A stretch of 54,374 bases of DNA, counting the filler, from Streblomastix strix (Eukaryota), in assembly GCA_008636045.1 (NCBI GenBank). It is 2 parts of 2 records of this genome, joined end to end, with 100 filler letters (N's around TTAATTAATTAA, not from the genome) between each part and the next. Parts side by side here need not be neighbours in the genome. Positions count along the whole stretch, not along the records: positions 1 to 27,150 come from SNRW01000149.1; 1 more part is not named here. One strand, written 5' to 3'. This document shows, piece after piece, positions 1 to 11,903 of the stretch. Each line of letters starts with the position of its first letter. The first letter of the stretch is position 1. The notes beneath the pieces are model-generated. The model did no database searches, was not told the DNA's origin, and saw nothing but the letters and a program-made list of their open reading frames with translations. A program made the position numbers and the translations under genes.

Positions 1-99
1 AAAATCTAATAGAATAGATATGAATTCTTAATAGATATGAATTATATATATACATTTGTTACATACATATATAATATTAATTTCATACTATCTCTTCTG

Positions 100-1600
100 G
101 ATTTTTAGAAAAATTTCTTCATCGGCCATTTTCACCTTGCTATATTGGAATGTCTTAGTTGCTGTTATTATCCATGAAATATCTAATATTACATAGTTAG
201 CCAAGTCATTTACATCTAATTTTTCATGCTGTATTTCGTCAGTTTTTATTTTTGTATAATAATCACTCGAATTAACTTCGCATACGTCAATTTAAAGATA
301 ATATTTAATCAATTTTTGTTTTGGTGTTTGTTGTTGATTAATTTGCTTTGACGTTTAAAAGATTCTTTATTTCTATTTTAGCATAAAAATCAATCAATTA
401 CGTTTCTTCGTCCATTACAAGTAGTAATGGAACATTTTCTCCTTTTGTATATGAAATACCAGAATTTGTTTTACTATTTAACAAATATTCTGTTTCTAAC
501 TTATTATAAACATCTATTTAATCAGCAACTTTAACATTAAGACCTAGTTTTTCATCAGTCCCTGTCTTAGTATATGCATCAATCAATTATATTTTATCAT
601 TTACTCCCTTGGATTAAGAAACACCTATATTTGCTTTGTTATTTAGCAAGTTATTTGCTTCTGTTTATGAATAAATTTACGATATGTTGTAGAAATTGCT
701 CAAATAAACGCTTGCATCTATGTCTGATATTGCTTTGATTCCACCACCAGCCAGAACAATATTGCAATTATCATAATTTTGAACTGATATTTCCACAGAT
801 ATAATAGTATTACTAAATGTTTTTGAATCATTAATATTTCAATCGTAGACTTTTATAACAAATATTGAGCTTTTTGATGGAGTTAATGTATTTCCACTAA
901 TTGATATATCAGTTATTACATTACCTCCTCCATTAGCTGCTCCAAGAGTTGTTATTACGTTAATCATATCTTGTAATTCAGTTTCAAATATTTTTAAATT
1001 AATTTCATCCCACAAGTAATCGGTTACTTCCTTATCAACAATATATAAATTATCTCTAATCGCAAAATTTGCTACATAATCCTAAATTGTCATCCAATCA
1101 TTCAACTATACAGTCGTTGCAAAAACAAATGATTTTCATTTGCTTGATGTAAAATTTCAAACTTCAAATAATAATGTTTAATTGACTAATGAACTTATTA
1201 ACATATCACCACCTCCAGCAAATAATATGAAAGCATCATTTTTACTCTGTATTGAAATATTTGAGATTGCAATTAGATTGAATTGTTTTATTCTACTAAT
1301 TGTCTAAAAGGACCTCAAAACAACATAATTATTTAAATCTGTTTTTTCAGCATTCAATATCAGCTAATTCAAAAGATTTATTGTAACTTCGTTGCGAAAT
1401 TCATCATCTTCTATCTTAATATATATGTCAATTAAGTCGGCAACATTTGCCAAAAAGTCTAGTTTTCTTCTGTTTTTAGTTTATTATATGAATCTATTAT
1501 ATCTGTTCTACAGGTTGGACAGTATCTCCATCCGACTTACATATATCTATGGCAGACAATCATTCAGATTTATAATATATATATTGGTTACTATTTGCAT
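100..1600 (-). pseudogene. Decayed paralogue of the element-A fibre-repeat gene; relic of an older Polinton-like insertion (boundaries approximate)
   Basis: Code-6 translation ...SFVFATTVQLNDWMTIQDYVANFAIRDNLYIVDKEVTDYLWDE...TTLGAANGGGNVITDIS... aligns with the 19300-19900 part of the fibre gene (GYVFATTYEMNTWMEYQENVAKLAIGDNLYIVDKQVMDYWWDG...MLGTATGGGNAIIDLS); several in-frame TGA. Confidence 0.8.
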
Positions 1601-3100
1601 TTATATTAGCAGAAATATTGAGATTAATGTTATGTTCTGATTGCTAGTTTTGGAGTATGCTTAATATAAAATTATCAATTTTTTCAAAAAATATGAAAAA
1701 TTCAAACTTTTTTTAAATACACAAATTCATAATTCATTAAATTTATATCTTTATTATATATAATACTAGTATACTATATAATATATAAATACATTATAAG
1801 CTATTCTTTTCAAAAACTCAAAAAATATGGAATTTCAATTAATTGACCATATGGATGGTTCCGCCCAGGAGCGACATCCATAATTTTATTTAGCAAAAAA
1901 TATTGAATGAATTTTATAAGCAATTTTCATAAGTGTAAAATTCTAAATTTTGCATGTGCGTGAAAATCTGAAAAAAATATTATTTTTTTCCTACGCTACC
2001 AGATGAATGCGTTATGCTTTGATTTTTAAAAAAATATTTTATAAAAATATTTAAATTTATTTTATATCTAAAAATATTAAGAACAGCCGTAAGCGCTGAT
2101 GGAAATCGATGAAATAAGAAATTCTCGATTTTTCTTGAAGTACGTTTAATACTGCTATTAATTTATATTATTTTGTATCACAAACTAATTCAACAGCATT
2201 AAATAAATCTTGTATTTCTCTAGATATTTTTGCAAATGATGTCTCATTAGTTGGTTGAATTTCTTATAAAAGATATAAAAATAAATTTATTAATAAGAAA
2301 AAGTTTTTTATCAGGATTACAGTTTGAGAGAAATGAAATAAGTGTTATTTTATGCTATGCAGATTTTCATTAATTTATCAGATTTGCAATTTCATTAATC
2401 GTCATCATAAATCATATTCATTATTCTCTTCGAATTATTCAATTTTGAACTAATTTTGAACAATTGTGAATTGTCGTTGCAAGTAAGATTTTCAAAAGAG
2501 TCGAAGTGCCGGTCCATTCAGTCCATTCAGTCCACTTGAACGTTTAAAATATGTCATCGAAATTATTTTAAAATATAAACTTTCAAATAAAAATACAATA
2601 GCTCAAATACATATGAATTATTCGAAGATATCAATTTTATCATTAATTATCATCATTATTCTTCATAACTTTCACCTATTTTTTCAATAAATTTATTATC
2701 ATATGAGCATCTAATTTCATATTTCAATTTGGAAAACCTCGATGTGAATTAATGAATTGCATTAGCGTGGAACCGATATATTATTATCTACTTTTTTATA
2801 ACTTATCTGTCATTTTACAATTAAAAGAAATATTTTCATTCGTTTATTATATAATCATCACCAATAATGTTTATTAGTTAGTTTTATATATCAATTTGAA
2901 GCTCTAATCAAACAATCTCCACTTATGCTTATTCACCAGACATATTAATTCTTATATGATTTTATAACTCTATGTTAGCGAAATATTCTGTCAAATCACT
3001 ATCTTCATTATCTTTTGGTTAGCAATAGCTCGAAGATGAATTATTATCATCAAATTCATCATTTGATTCGTTATCATGCAATCCATAATTCTTGATAATC

Positions 3101-3106
3101 ATCAAC
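3101..3106. repeat. Left 6-bp target-site duplication ATCAAC
   Basis: Identical ATCAAC immediately follows the right end (25361-25366); 6-bp TSDs are typical of Polinton/Maverick integrases. Confidence 0.95.
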
Positions 3107-3662
3107 AGTAGTTATGAGAATATGGAGAGTGCCCCAATATTGAAAAATAAAATAAAATAATGAAAATAAAATAATGAAAATAAATAATGAAAATAAATAA
3201 TTTAAAATAAATATGGTATCATAAATAATGCAAAAGAAAATAAGCACTTGAAATAAAATTATTGTTTGAAAAATATTTAATATGATTATTGAATATGGAG
3301 ATTGAAATAAATTAATGAATCGATTAATGATGCTGATTTTTGAATGTATGACACTCTCCATATTCTCATAACAACATGCTGAGATTGATGAAATTGGGTG
3401 ATGAATTTTATTAATGGAAACCTAAAATTATTGGTGAATTCATTAATGAAACCTTTATAAAATTGAACATAATATATATTTGTTTGATAATAATTAGTGG
3501 ATTAGATTGGGAGGATTGAGTCATAAAATATCATAAATTTTATTGAAATTGGCACGAATAAATGGCTTCGTTAATGAATAACTTTTGACTGGACCGAGTG
3601 GATTGGGTGGATTGAGTCAAAAACTTTTATAAAAATCTGTGGCAAACTGAACAACTGGCCAA
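3107..3662 (+). repeat. Left terminal inverted repeat of element A (~555 bp), including one copy of the intergenic motif at 3549-3662
   Basis: Reverse complement of 24810-25360 with scattered substitutions and indels. Confidence 0.95.
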
Positions 3663-3688
3663 TTTATTAATGATAAATAATAAAAATT

Positions 3689-3988
3689 TCATGCGTTGAT
3701 TGAAACGTTAGCAATTTCATAATTTTTAATCAATTCATTTATTGTTTTCAAATTATTAATATTCCTGATTATTTTTTTATGTTTTTTGATTATCAATAGT
3801 TGCATTTCATTAACTTTTGAAGCGTAATTAGTTTACTTTTATTTATATCTGATTCTTGCATTTTTGCGTTGCTCTCTAGCAGCAATCGTTGCCTATTCTT
3901 TATCAGTATATTTCTTTGGTCTTCCTTATTTCGCTGAAGCTGTTAATTCCGTTTATGTTGATTCATTGATTGCTTGATTATCTGCCAT
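3689..3988 (-). CDS. Small basic protein with AT-hook-like motif, 99 aa, intact in code 6
   Basis: MADNQAINESTQTELTASAKQGRPKKYTDKEQATIAAREQRKNARIRYKQK...INA*; homologue at 40155-40510. Confidence 0.75.
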
Positions 3989-4033
3989 TTTATTTAAAAT
4001 TAAAAAATATATAAATAATTTTTTATTTTTATT

Positions 4034-5450
4034 TCATCTAAATAAAATTCTGTAGCATAATTTTCTGGTATGGATTCTTTATTTTCATTAACATATTTAC
4101 AATAATATGAAGATATTTTTATTATATTTATTTTATAAGAATGATTCAATAATCTGAATAAAACATTACCATTTACGTATCGATTGAACTCTGCTAACTA
4201 ATTAAAATTTTTCCTTTATTTCGTAAATTTCTATTATATTTTTTAGAAATCAAGATGTATTAATATTATATTTCTTGCTTTAAATGATAATATGCCCTTT
4301 TATCGTTATTTTGCTAATTATCGTTCTAATTTCTTCATTTATGAACGTATATTCTATCCTTCTAAATCTCGTGATAATTGAACTTAATATGAGCCATATT
4401 TATTTTGAAACGCTAGATGAGGAGAATCATTGTATATATCAACGACTATTTACATTTATTTATTCGTTGAAAATTAATTAAATTTATAATCAAACGCATT
4501 CCTTATTATTCGAATAACTGAATCGACTACTCGATTATGATTAGTGAATTTTGATTCAGTGAAATAACCATTAATTTTATTCTTTGAACAAAATAAAGCA
4601 AAATACAAACCATTAAATCCTTTCTCTCCATCACAACGAATATTATTTATGTAATAATTTTTTTATTAATTTTTGCAATTATCCAACTACTTATGCGACA
4701 GATTTATCTATCAATGGATATACCACTAAATATTTTGTATTAATGTTTATGCAAAATAGATACAAATTTGTTTTTCTTCTTTTTTCTCTCTCGTTAAGTA
4801 TTTCATCTTGTTCAAAGATTGCATCATCATATTCATTATTATTTTCCTGCAAGTCTTAATCAAAATAAAAAGACTATATCTATCTCCCAACTGCCCAACT
4901 TTGGAGAGAAATAAGGTCGTTATAGTCTTTATAATGGCTTTAATTTATAATCTTTCTCTGGCTCTTAATCTTTTTAATTAATTACGTATTTTTATTTATT
5001 GATTTTTTTAAACAATTAAAATTTTGTTTTGAAAGGATAATAGGATACATTTTCCATATCACCACCTTAATCTGATTACTGGCAGGATGAGTCTTTAGAC
5101 CGATTCGCAGAATCTTGAATTTCTTTATCCAATTGTTAAATTTTTTATTTATTCTTTTATTTTGCAGGTTCCTATTACGACTAAACTGAAATATAATAAT
5201 AATACCAATCCGCCAATGTCCTTTTTCCAATAATTATTTCATCAGCCTTTTCAACTATAATATCAATATGTTTCTTCTTTACAATTTTAAAGATATTTTT
5301 TATGAATTCTGATAGACTCATTTTATAATGAACTTTATACGCTTTATCATCGATATCTTATTATACCTCAAATTCATATTCTTCTCTTTAATATTTATCA
5401 CCAGCAAAAATCCTAAGGATATCATCAAACAAATTATTTTTGTTTTGCTT
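4034..5450 (-). pseudogene. rve-family (retroviral-like) integrase, disrupted
   Basis: Motifs RPYFSPKLGSWEIDIVF, YLFCININTKYLVVYPL, NIRCDGEKGF, TNHNRVVDSVIRIIRNA, IYNDSPH; start ATG replaced by AAG; +1 frameshifts near 4862 and 4660. Confidence 0.9.
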
Positions 5451-5499
5451 TTATTTCCTGCAAAAATAAAACAATTAAAGATATTAATGAAATCAATTA

Positions 5500-5621
5500 T
5501 TGGCCAGATGGCCAGTTGGCCAGTTGGCCACAGCTTTTTATAAAAGTTTTTGATTCAATCCACGTAATCCACTCGGTCCAGTAAAAAGTCATTCATTAAC
5601 TAATCCATTTTCTCGTGCCAA
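5500..5621 (+). repeat. A-type intergenic motif between integrase and pPolB
   Basis: TGGCCAGA-TGGCCAGT-TGGCCAGT-TGGCCACA, spacer GCTTTTTATAAAAGTTTTTGA, 9-mers TCAATCCAC-GTAATCCAC-TCGGTCCAG, tail AAAAGTCATTCA...CGTGCCAA. Confidence 0.95.
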
Positions 5622-5634
5622 AATTACGTTTTCA

Positions 5635-8600
5635 TCAGTGTTCATCATTAATAATTACATAATTATCTGAACTCAATTGCTACCCGTTAATGTAAAGGAA
5701 TGGAGCACATCATTAATTTTCAAGAACAACCATTTTATTATGAATCGATGATAAATCAACTTTATTTATTTATATTTTTGGCATTTATTTATTTCTTTAA
5801 CCGAGAATAATATTTTGAGCTTAAATTTATTCTCCCTACAATGATTATTTAAATGCTTCATCGTTTAAATGAATATTTTATTTTAATATTATTCCTTTCA
5901 AACAATAATTGAAATCCTTTTCATTCTCATTAGGTAGAGGATTATATATATAATGTATTATTGGAGCTAAAGCAATGCAAGCTGTTCCTTCAGCCTCATA
6001 ACTGACTCCCAATAATTGTTTATATTAGCTGAAGAACAGAGGATAATTTTCATCGAAAAATTTTTAGTCCTTGATTACGTATTTAAATTTCTGTCTGTAA
6101 TCCTCTTCTTGGTTGCCGCTGATGGCCCACGTCATCAAATCAGTATCGCCACAAATATAGTGCATCCTGTTCATATCGAAAGATTTAATCATAAAATTAT
6201 AGATAAAATTTATATACCAATATTTGGAGTTGTCAAGAACGAAATACGCAGAATGGAGGCAAGTATTGCAGTTGCAGCTCTCAGCATTAAATTATACAGC
6301 AAATAAGTCATCTGTTATTTGTTAGTCATTAATGAATGAACCTTAGAGATGAGACAACAATGTCCTATCAGAGCTCAACAATTTCGTTTGTTAATATTAT
6401 TCTTAATTCATCCCATCAGTTCCATAGCTTGAGTTCATAGCTTATTTATAGAATTATTTTTTTCCATTATTTTTTACATTTATTGTTTATATTCTTTAAC
6501 TCATAAATTCCTTAACGACTGGATTGTATCTGTCATGTTTCGAGAACTTTATAACACATTAAATATCATCAAAAATGAAATGAAAATCATCAATTAGAAG
6601 CCATAAAAAATTATTATTAAACGACATGAACTGCCCATTCTTCGATGATAAATTTGTTAATTTTCGTTCGATTTTATCGTGTTAAATGTTATTTTTCAGT
6701 AATAGATTATACATGTATGAACCTAATGTTTTTTCATCAGTCATTATGTCAATGTTTCTTAATATAGGAAGAAAATTAATGAAATCATTTATATGTCATT
6801 CGTCGATGTGTCCTTTAACAACCGCGATAAATAGCGACATTCCTTCAATGTCATTAAATCGTTGTGGATTATAAATTAAATTTCTTGCTGATTATTTATC
6901 AGTAATTTTATCCAATATTTATCCCGCCATATATAAACGATTACCTGAATATTTAATGAATTTATGCGGCTCTGAGCTCATAACTCTGGGATATTAACAG
7001 TTGAAATCAAGCGTTAAAAGATGAGTCATTGTGTGGTCTGTTTCTTAACTAGTGACCTTTTTATTAATAAATTTTAATTAATTTATTTTAGTTTCACCTG
7101 ATACATTATAGTGATGCATGACTTATGATAATCCGCCACTGATTCCAGAATATAAAATTTAATATATTTCTTCATCAGTTATTGTCATTGGGAGCGACTT
7201 CAACAGACAGAAAATTTTTAATTATATTACTAATCTTGTAAAATTTTCATCTTTATTTGATTTAAATTTATTGCAGAATAAGCAGCAAGGTTTTATGTTA
7301 TCTGTAGAATGGCCCCTGTTGTTGATTCTATCTAATATTGGAGGATTTTTGCTTGTGAGTCGTGCCTTGCATATGTGGCATCCTGTCGATAAGAATAATT
7401 TTCTGTAGAACGCACAATCCGATTCCTTGATGTTGATGCTCGTGTCTCTATTTCTTTTTTCATCTCATTCCAAATAATTTTAAACTTTAATGTTCTAATA
7501 ATTTTATGTCAAAATAAACGACGCATAATCATCTTTTGGCGTATAATCTTAATCCTGTTTGAAGTCCCTATAAGCAAGTGCATATTTTATAGCATTGGCG
7601 CATGCGGACTTCGACATAAACTACAGTATATCAATTTTATAATTGAAGAACATATCAATTAAGTAATCCAACGGCTGAATCATTAGGCGGGTATCTTCAA
7701 GGTTGTAGTGTCGAAGGTAATCCCATCTGTTCAAAAATTACTAAACAACAGCCAAATAATTTTGATACTTAATAGTGCTTATGTTTTTATTTTTAATTGT
7801 ATTTTTAAACGCTTCAATCGGAAATGGTTAAGCATTATTTAATATTTCATTGTAGTTTTCGTAGTTGATGAATTCATATGGAAATTTTAATTTGGTTAAT
7901 ATTTTTGATGCTGTGTTTGGAGTGAAATCTTTTATAAATTATTTTAATTTCATTTTTGTAGAATAAATCATCGCATCGATGAACCACAAATTGATTCCTG
8001 ATATATTATGCTTAACAATGATTTATTTGGCGTTTGACCCACTACCAAGATATTTAATGATTTGCCATTCTTCGCTCTATAAATTTTTAAGAATTAGAGC
8101 GACATCGAATTTTGATGAATAGAATACAATTACTTGAACCTCATAATGCTGTGGTATCGTCTCATCTTCATATTTGTTTGAATCAATAACTTTTCGGGCT
8201 TCCTTAAACAACTATTTAATCCATACATTTATAAAGTTAGGTGTTCATATATCAAAATAAATTGAATAAATTTAATCTATTTTTTTATTTTTTATTTTTA
8301 TTGAATTTGCAATGGAAAGCGGTTCAAGAATTGAAATTTGTGTTGAATTATCACCGAATTTTTCATTAACGATTCTTTCTATAGTTTCAATATCATATAT
8401 TTTATAATATTTAGTAGGTTTGAATTCTTCCTCTCGACCATGTGCCAAAAGATACTTATAGCTAACATTATTCAATATATGTGGAAAGTATGGCCATGGA
8501 AATTTTTCTAAATATACTTTCTTTATTATCTTTCTCCATATTTTAACATTTTTATATGTGCTTTTTTAGCTTAGATTATAAATTTGAATCTCTATTTTTA

Positions 8601-10529
8601 TAAGCCTGCACACCACAAATAGGACAATATTTTAAACCAGTTAGTGCCTCAACATCATTGATATAAAAAACGTGAGCTGTTTGTAGTTCGTTGATTGTAT
8701 CGGTTATTAAAAGAATATTAAATTCTTTTTTTATTCGTTCTATTCATTTCTTCTGTATTGCTTCCATAGATAATATCTGCCTTAATTAGTAGCCGTTGAA
8801 GTTGCCATTGTTTTTTTCAAAAGCGAACACATTTATATTTAAATTTTCATTCTAAATAAATTAATCTGCTTCTGTTGAAAAATTAAATCCTTAATAATTA
8901 TCATCAATTTTTTTCCATAGATTCTTTAAAATAATCGTTTAGCTTCAGCAATACGTGAATGTTCCTTATAACGCTTTGCAACAATAGCGGAACCGTCAGC
9001 AGCAACATCTGCTTTAATGTATGGCATCGTAATAAATGAATATGCTAGAAAGAAACATAAATTTTAATTATTTTTCTCAGGGTCAATATTTCGAATCTCT
9101 CGCCTCATATTATGCTTTTTTAATGATGGTATTGTTCGACTGCCACCAGCGCCTGCATGTGGAAGTCTAAACATCTAAATCATGATTGAAAATATACCTA
9201 CTATTTTCTCTTTAATGTCCATGATGGGTTTCTCTTGCATTTGAATAATATGGTTTCTAATGAATCTTTTATATTCAGCTAAATCTAAGTGGGCGCGTAT
9301 GATTGTTGGAGCTCTTATCTATGTTCTAGCTTCAAGAGGATGATTAATTTTATATGCTGTTTATTAATCGTTTTCTTAGCCATCAACTCGTTCAATAATC
9401 ACTCCAAAATCAAATGCAATTTTGAATGCAAATTTTTATTCTCGTTAATATATTTCATCTAAATATGCTTCGACATCTTCAATCATTTTCAAATCATTTT
9501 TGTAATATTCTTTTGTAGGGCTGATGGTATGAACATAGAATGGTTCATATTTGACGTATTAATTTTATATATGTTTTCGCTCAAAATTTATTCATCTTTC
9601 ATATTCTTATTCCAGTTGTGGCTTACATAACATAATCGTATTCTATAGGATGTTAAGAGCATCAATTGGCCTAAAAATCTTGCCCTCGTTTTCTTCATTA
9701 AAATATTTTATTTCATCTTTAACATTTTTAAACACATCCTCGTTTTATTTTTGTTTAAAGTTTATTTTTTATTCTTTAATTTCTTTTAATAAATTTGCAT
9801 GTCTGACTCGTTAATCTTCCTTAAATTGCACCCAATATTAATTGTGCAATTAGCTCCATTCTTCCCAAGTGTTCATTTGCTATTTGTTATTCTATTCTTG
9901 CATAAATTATTTAGCGTAAGCATCACCGATAATTTATTTGTTTTGAAAGCCTTATTGAATGTCTTATCTGATGCGTCTTGCAAATTGTTCTGATTATAAT
10001 ATTGCCTTTCGAACTATATCTCTATTGTTTAATCCGTGATTTAAACCGATTTTATCTAAAATTTATGAAAATTATGACCTTAATTCATTAACATTTATTT
10101 TCTATTATATTTCAGGATCATATAAAAACATTAATTCTCTTATAATATTTTGAGTTAATTTTTTAGGCCTTAAATCCAATTGATAATCCTCCCTCCGCAC
10201 ATCGTGCACTTCACCTTGTTCGGGTTGCAGTTCATGTGATAATTCAGGTGATGGCTATTAATTCCGTGCTTACATTTACATAATATAATTCTGCATTTAT
10301 ATCAATTATTACTGTTGATGTTCCATTTATAATTCTGGCGATGGCTGGTAGTTGCGTGTTTGCATTTATGTAATATAGTCCTACATTTACGTCAATTATG
10401 ACTGTGTTTATCTTGGCGATTAATTAAGCGGTTATAGTTCTGGTAGTGCTTGAATCTGTGGCGTAATCAGGGGTGCAATCGGAGGTGTGCATCGTTTTTT
10501 ATGAGTTTTACCCCCTATTTATCTGCCAT
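5635..10529 (-). pseudogene. Protein-primed family B DNA polymerase polyprotein (~1,630 aa), with a few stops and frameshifts
   Basis: ExoI YKIYDIET, ExoII FYSSKFD, ExoIII HYNLED; Pol motifs LDFNCQYP, MNSSYG, ICGDTD, KGI; long N-terminal extension; TGA near 5710 where B has Cys. Confidence 0.93.
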
Positions 10530-10639
10530 TTATTAAAATAAAAATAAAAAATAATACCATAAATAAACTTGGATTGTTGGTTAGATTGAGTGGATTGGGT
10601 TATAAAACAGCGTCAGCAACTTCAACGAAATCATTACTA

Positions 10640-10753
10640 TTGGCACGAAGAAATGGCTACGTTAATGAACGACTTTTGATTGGACCGTGTGGATTGGGTG
10701 GATTGAATCAAAAATTTTTATAAAAAGCTGAGGCCAACTGGCCAACTGGCCAA
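10640..10753 (-). repeat. A-type intergenic motif upstream of pPolB
   Basis: Reverse-complement copy of the 5500-5621 motif. Confidence 0.95.
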
Positions 10754-10789
10754 TAATTGAGAAAAATAAATAAAAATAAATCTCTCAAA

Positions 10790-11863
10790 TCATTGGAATT
10801 TATATTTAGCTAAATCGAAACCACCTATTTATTGTTATCTCTACGTTAGAATTTGACCATAATATTACATGACTTATCCAAGAGCTTCTTTAATCCTAGC
10901 ATCGACATCTTCAGCTTAATAAAGTTGAGTAATAACGGTAGGCAATTCTTTCTTATACAATCTTTTAGCAAGTGGCAAAAATTCGTAATCTCCTTAATAT
11001 ATATTTACTTTATTGCTTCTGTTATATATGTCTATTTTTCCGTATTATCTTTCTAATATTTCTACAACAGGAATAATAAGAACTGAATTCCAAGCAGATG
11101 CCATTATTTGTTGTTTGGTTGCCATTAGCAATTTAGCGCCTCCATTAGCGTCTATGACTTTTTTGGCATTGGTGGTGAATGCTCTGAAACTATAATTCTT
11201 TATTTCTCTTATTTTATGCGGCTTAGTCATTGATAGCCATTTCATGTAAGGGCCGCCTTTTATTCCTTATTATTTTAATTTTGCAGCCATTGCAGCTCGT
11301 TCTAAATCATTAACATCTGAATAATATTTTTTCTTCCAATTTCTTTTATGTTAATATTCTGGGTCTCCAAATCCCACTGCTTTTGTATAACCATCGACTA
11401 AATAAATTGCGTTCTTTTTCTTATCAAAAACAACCACATTATCAGAAGTGGCTACATTATCATCTAAGTCTTATTCTTATACACTAAATCGTTTGCCTAA
11501 ATGTTTATCGTCAATAAATTTTTGAGCACTGACGGCAGACGATAATTTATTAATTTTCTTAATGTCTCTGTTCAAATAACCAACGAATGTAGCAAGAACA
11601 TCACCCTCCTCCTCTTTAAATTATGGGCCTGCATGCTTTCTTGTTCTTTGAATCATATTGGGATGGAACGGCAACTTACCAAACGGTTTTGCTCGTGATT
11701 TCATTCTGTCCTATCTATTAGCGTGTCATTCATAATAATCAAAATCATCCTTCATTCCATCAACTTCCATCAAACCACCTGCACCACCTGAGCTTTAACC
11801 TTTTTCCGCATCAAATTCTTATCTTGCTTCTTTTTCAATTTGATTTAAATCAAATTCCGACAT
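10790..11863 (-). pseudogene. Conserved hypothetical protein (~357 aa), possible virion core protein; one premature TGA
   Basis: MSEFDLNQIEKEARQEFDAEKGQSSGGAGGLMEVDGMKDD...YKFQ*; collinear homologue at 32212-33304 has TCA at the TGA site. Confidence 0.75.
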
Positions 11864-11903
11864 TCTATTTCTTATCGATAAAAAAAAGTATTATATAATA
11901 AAA

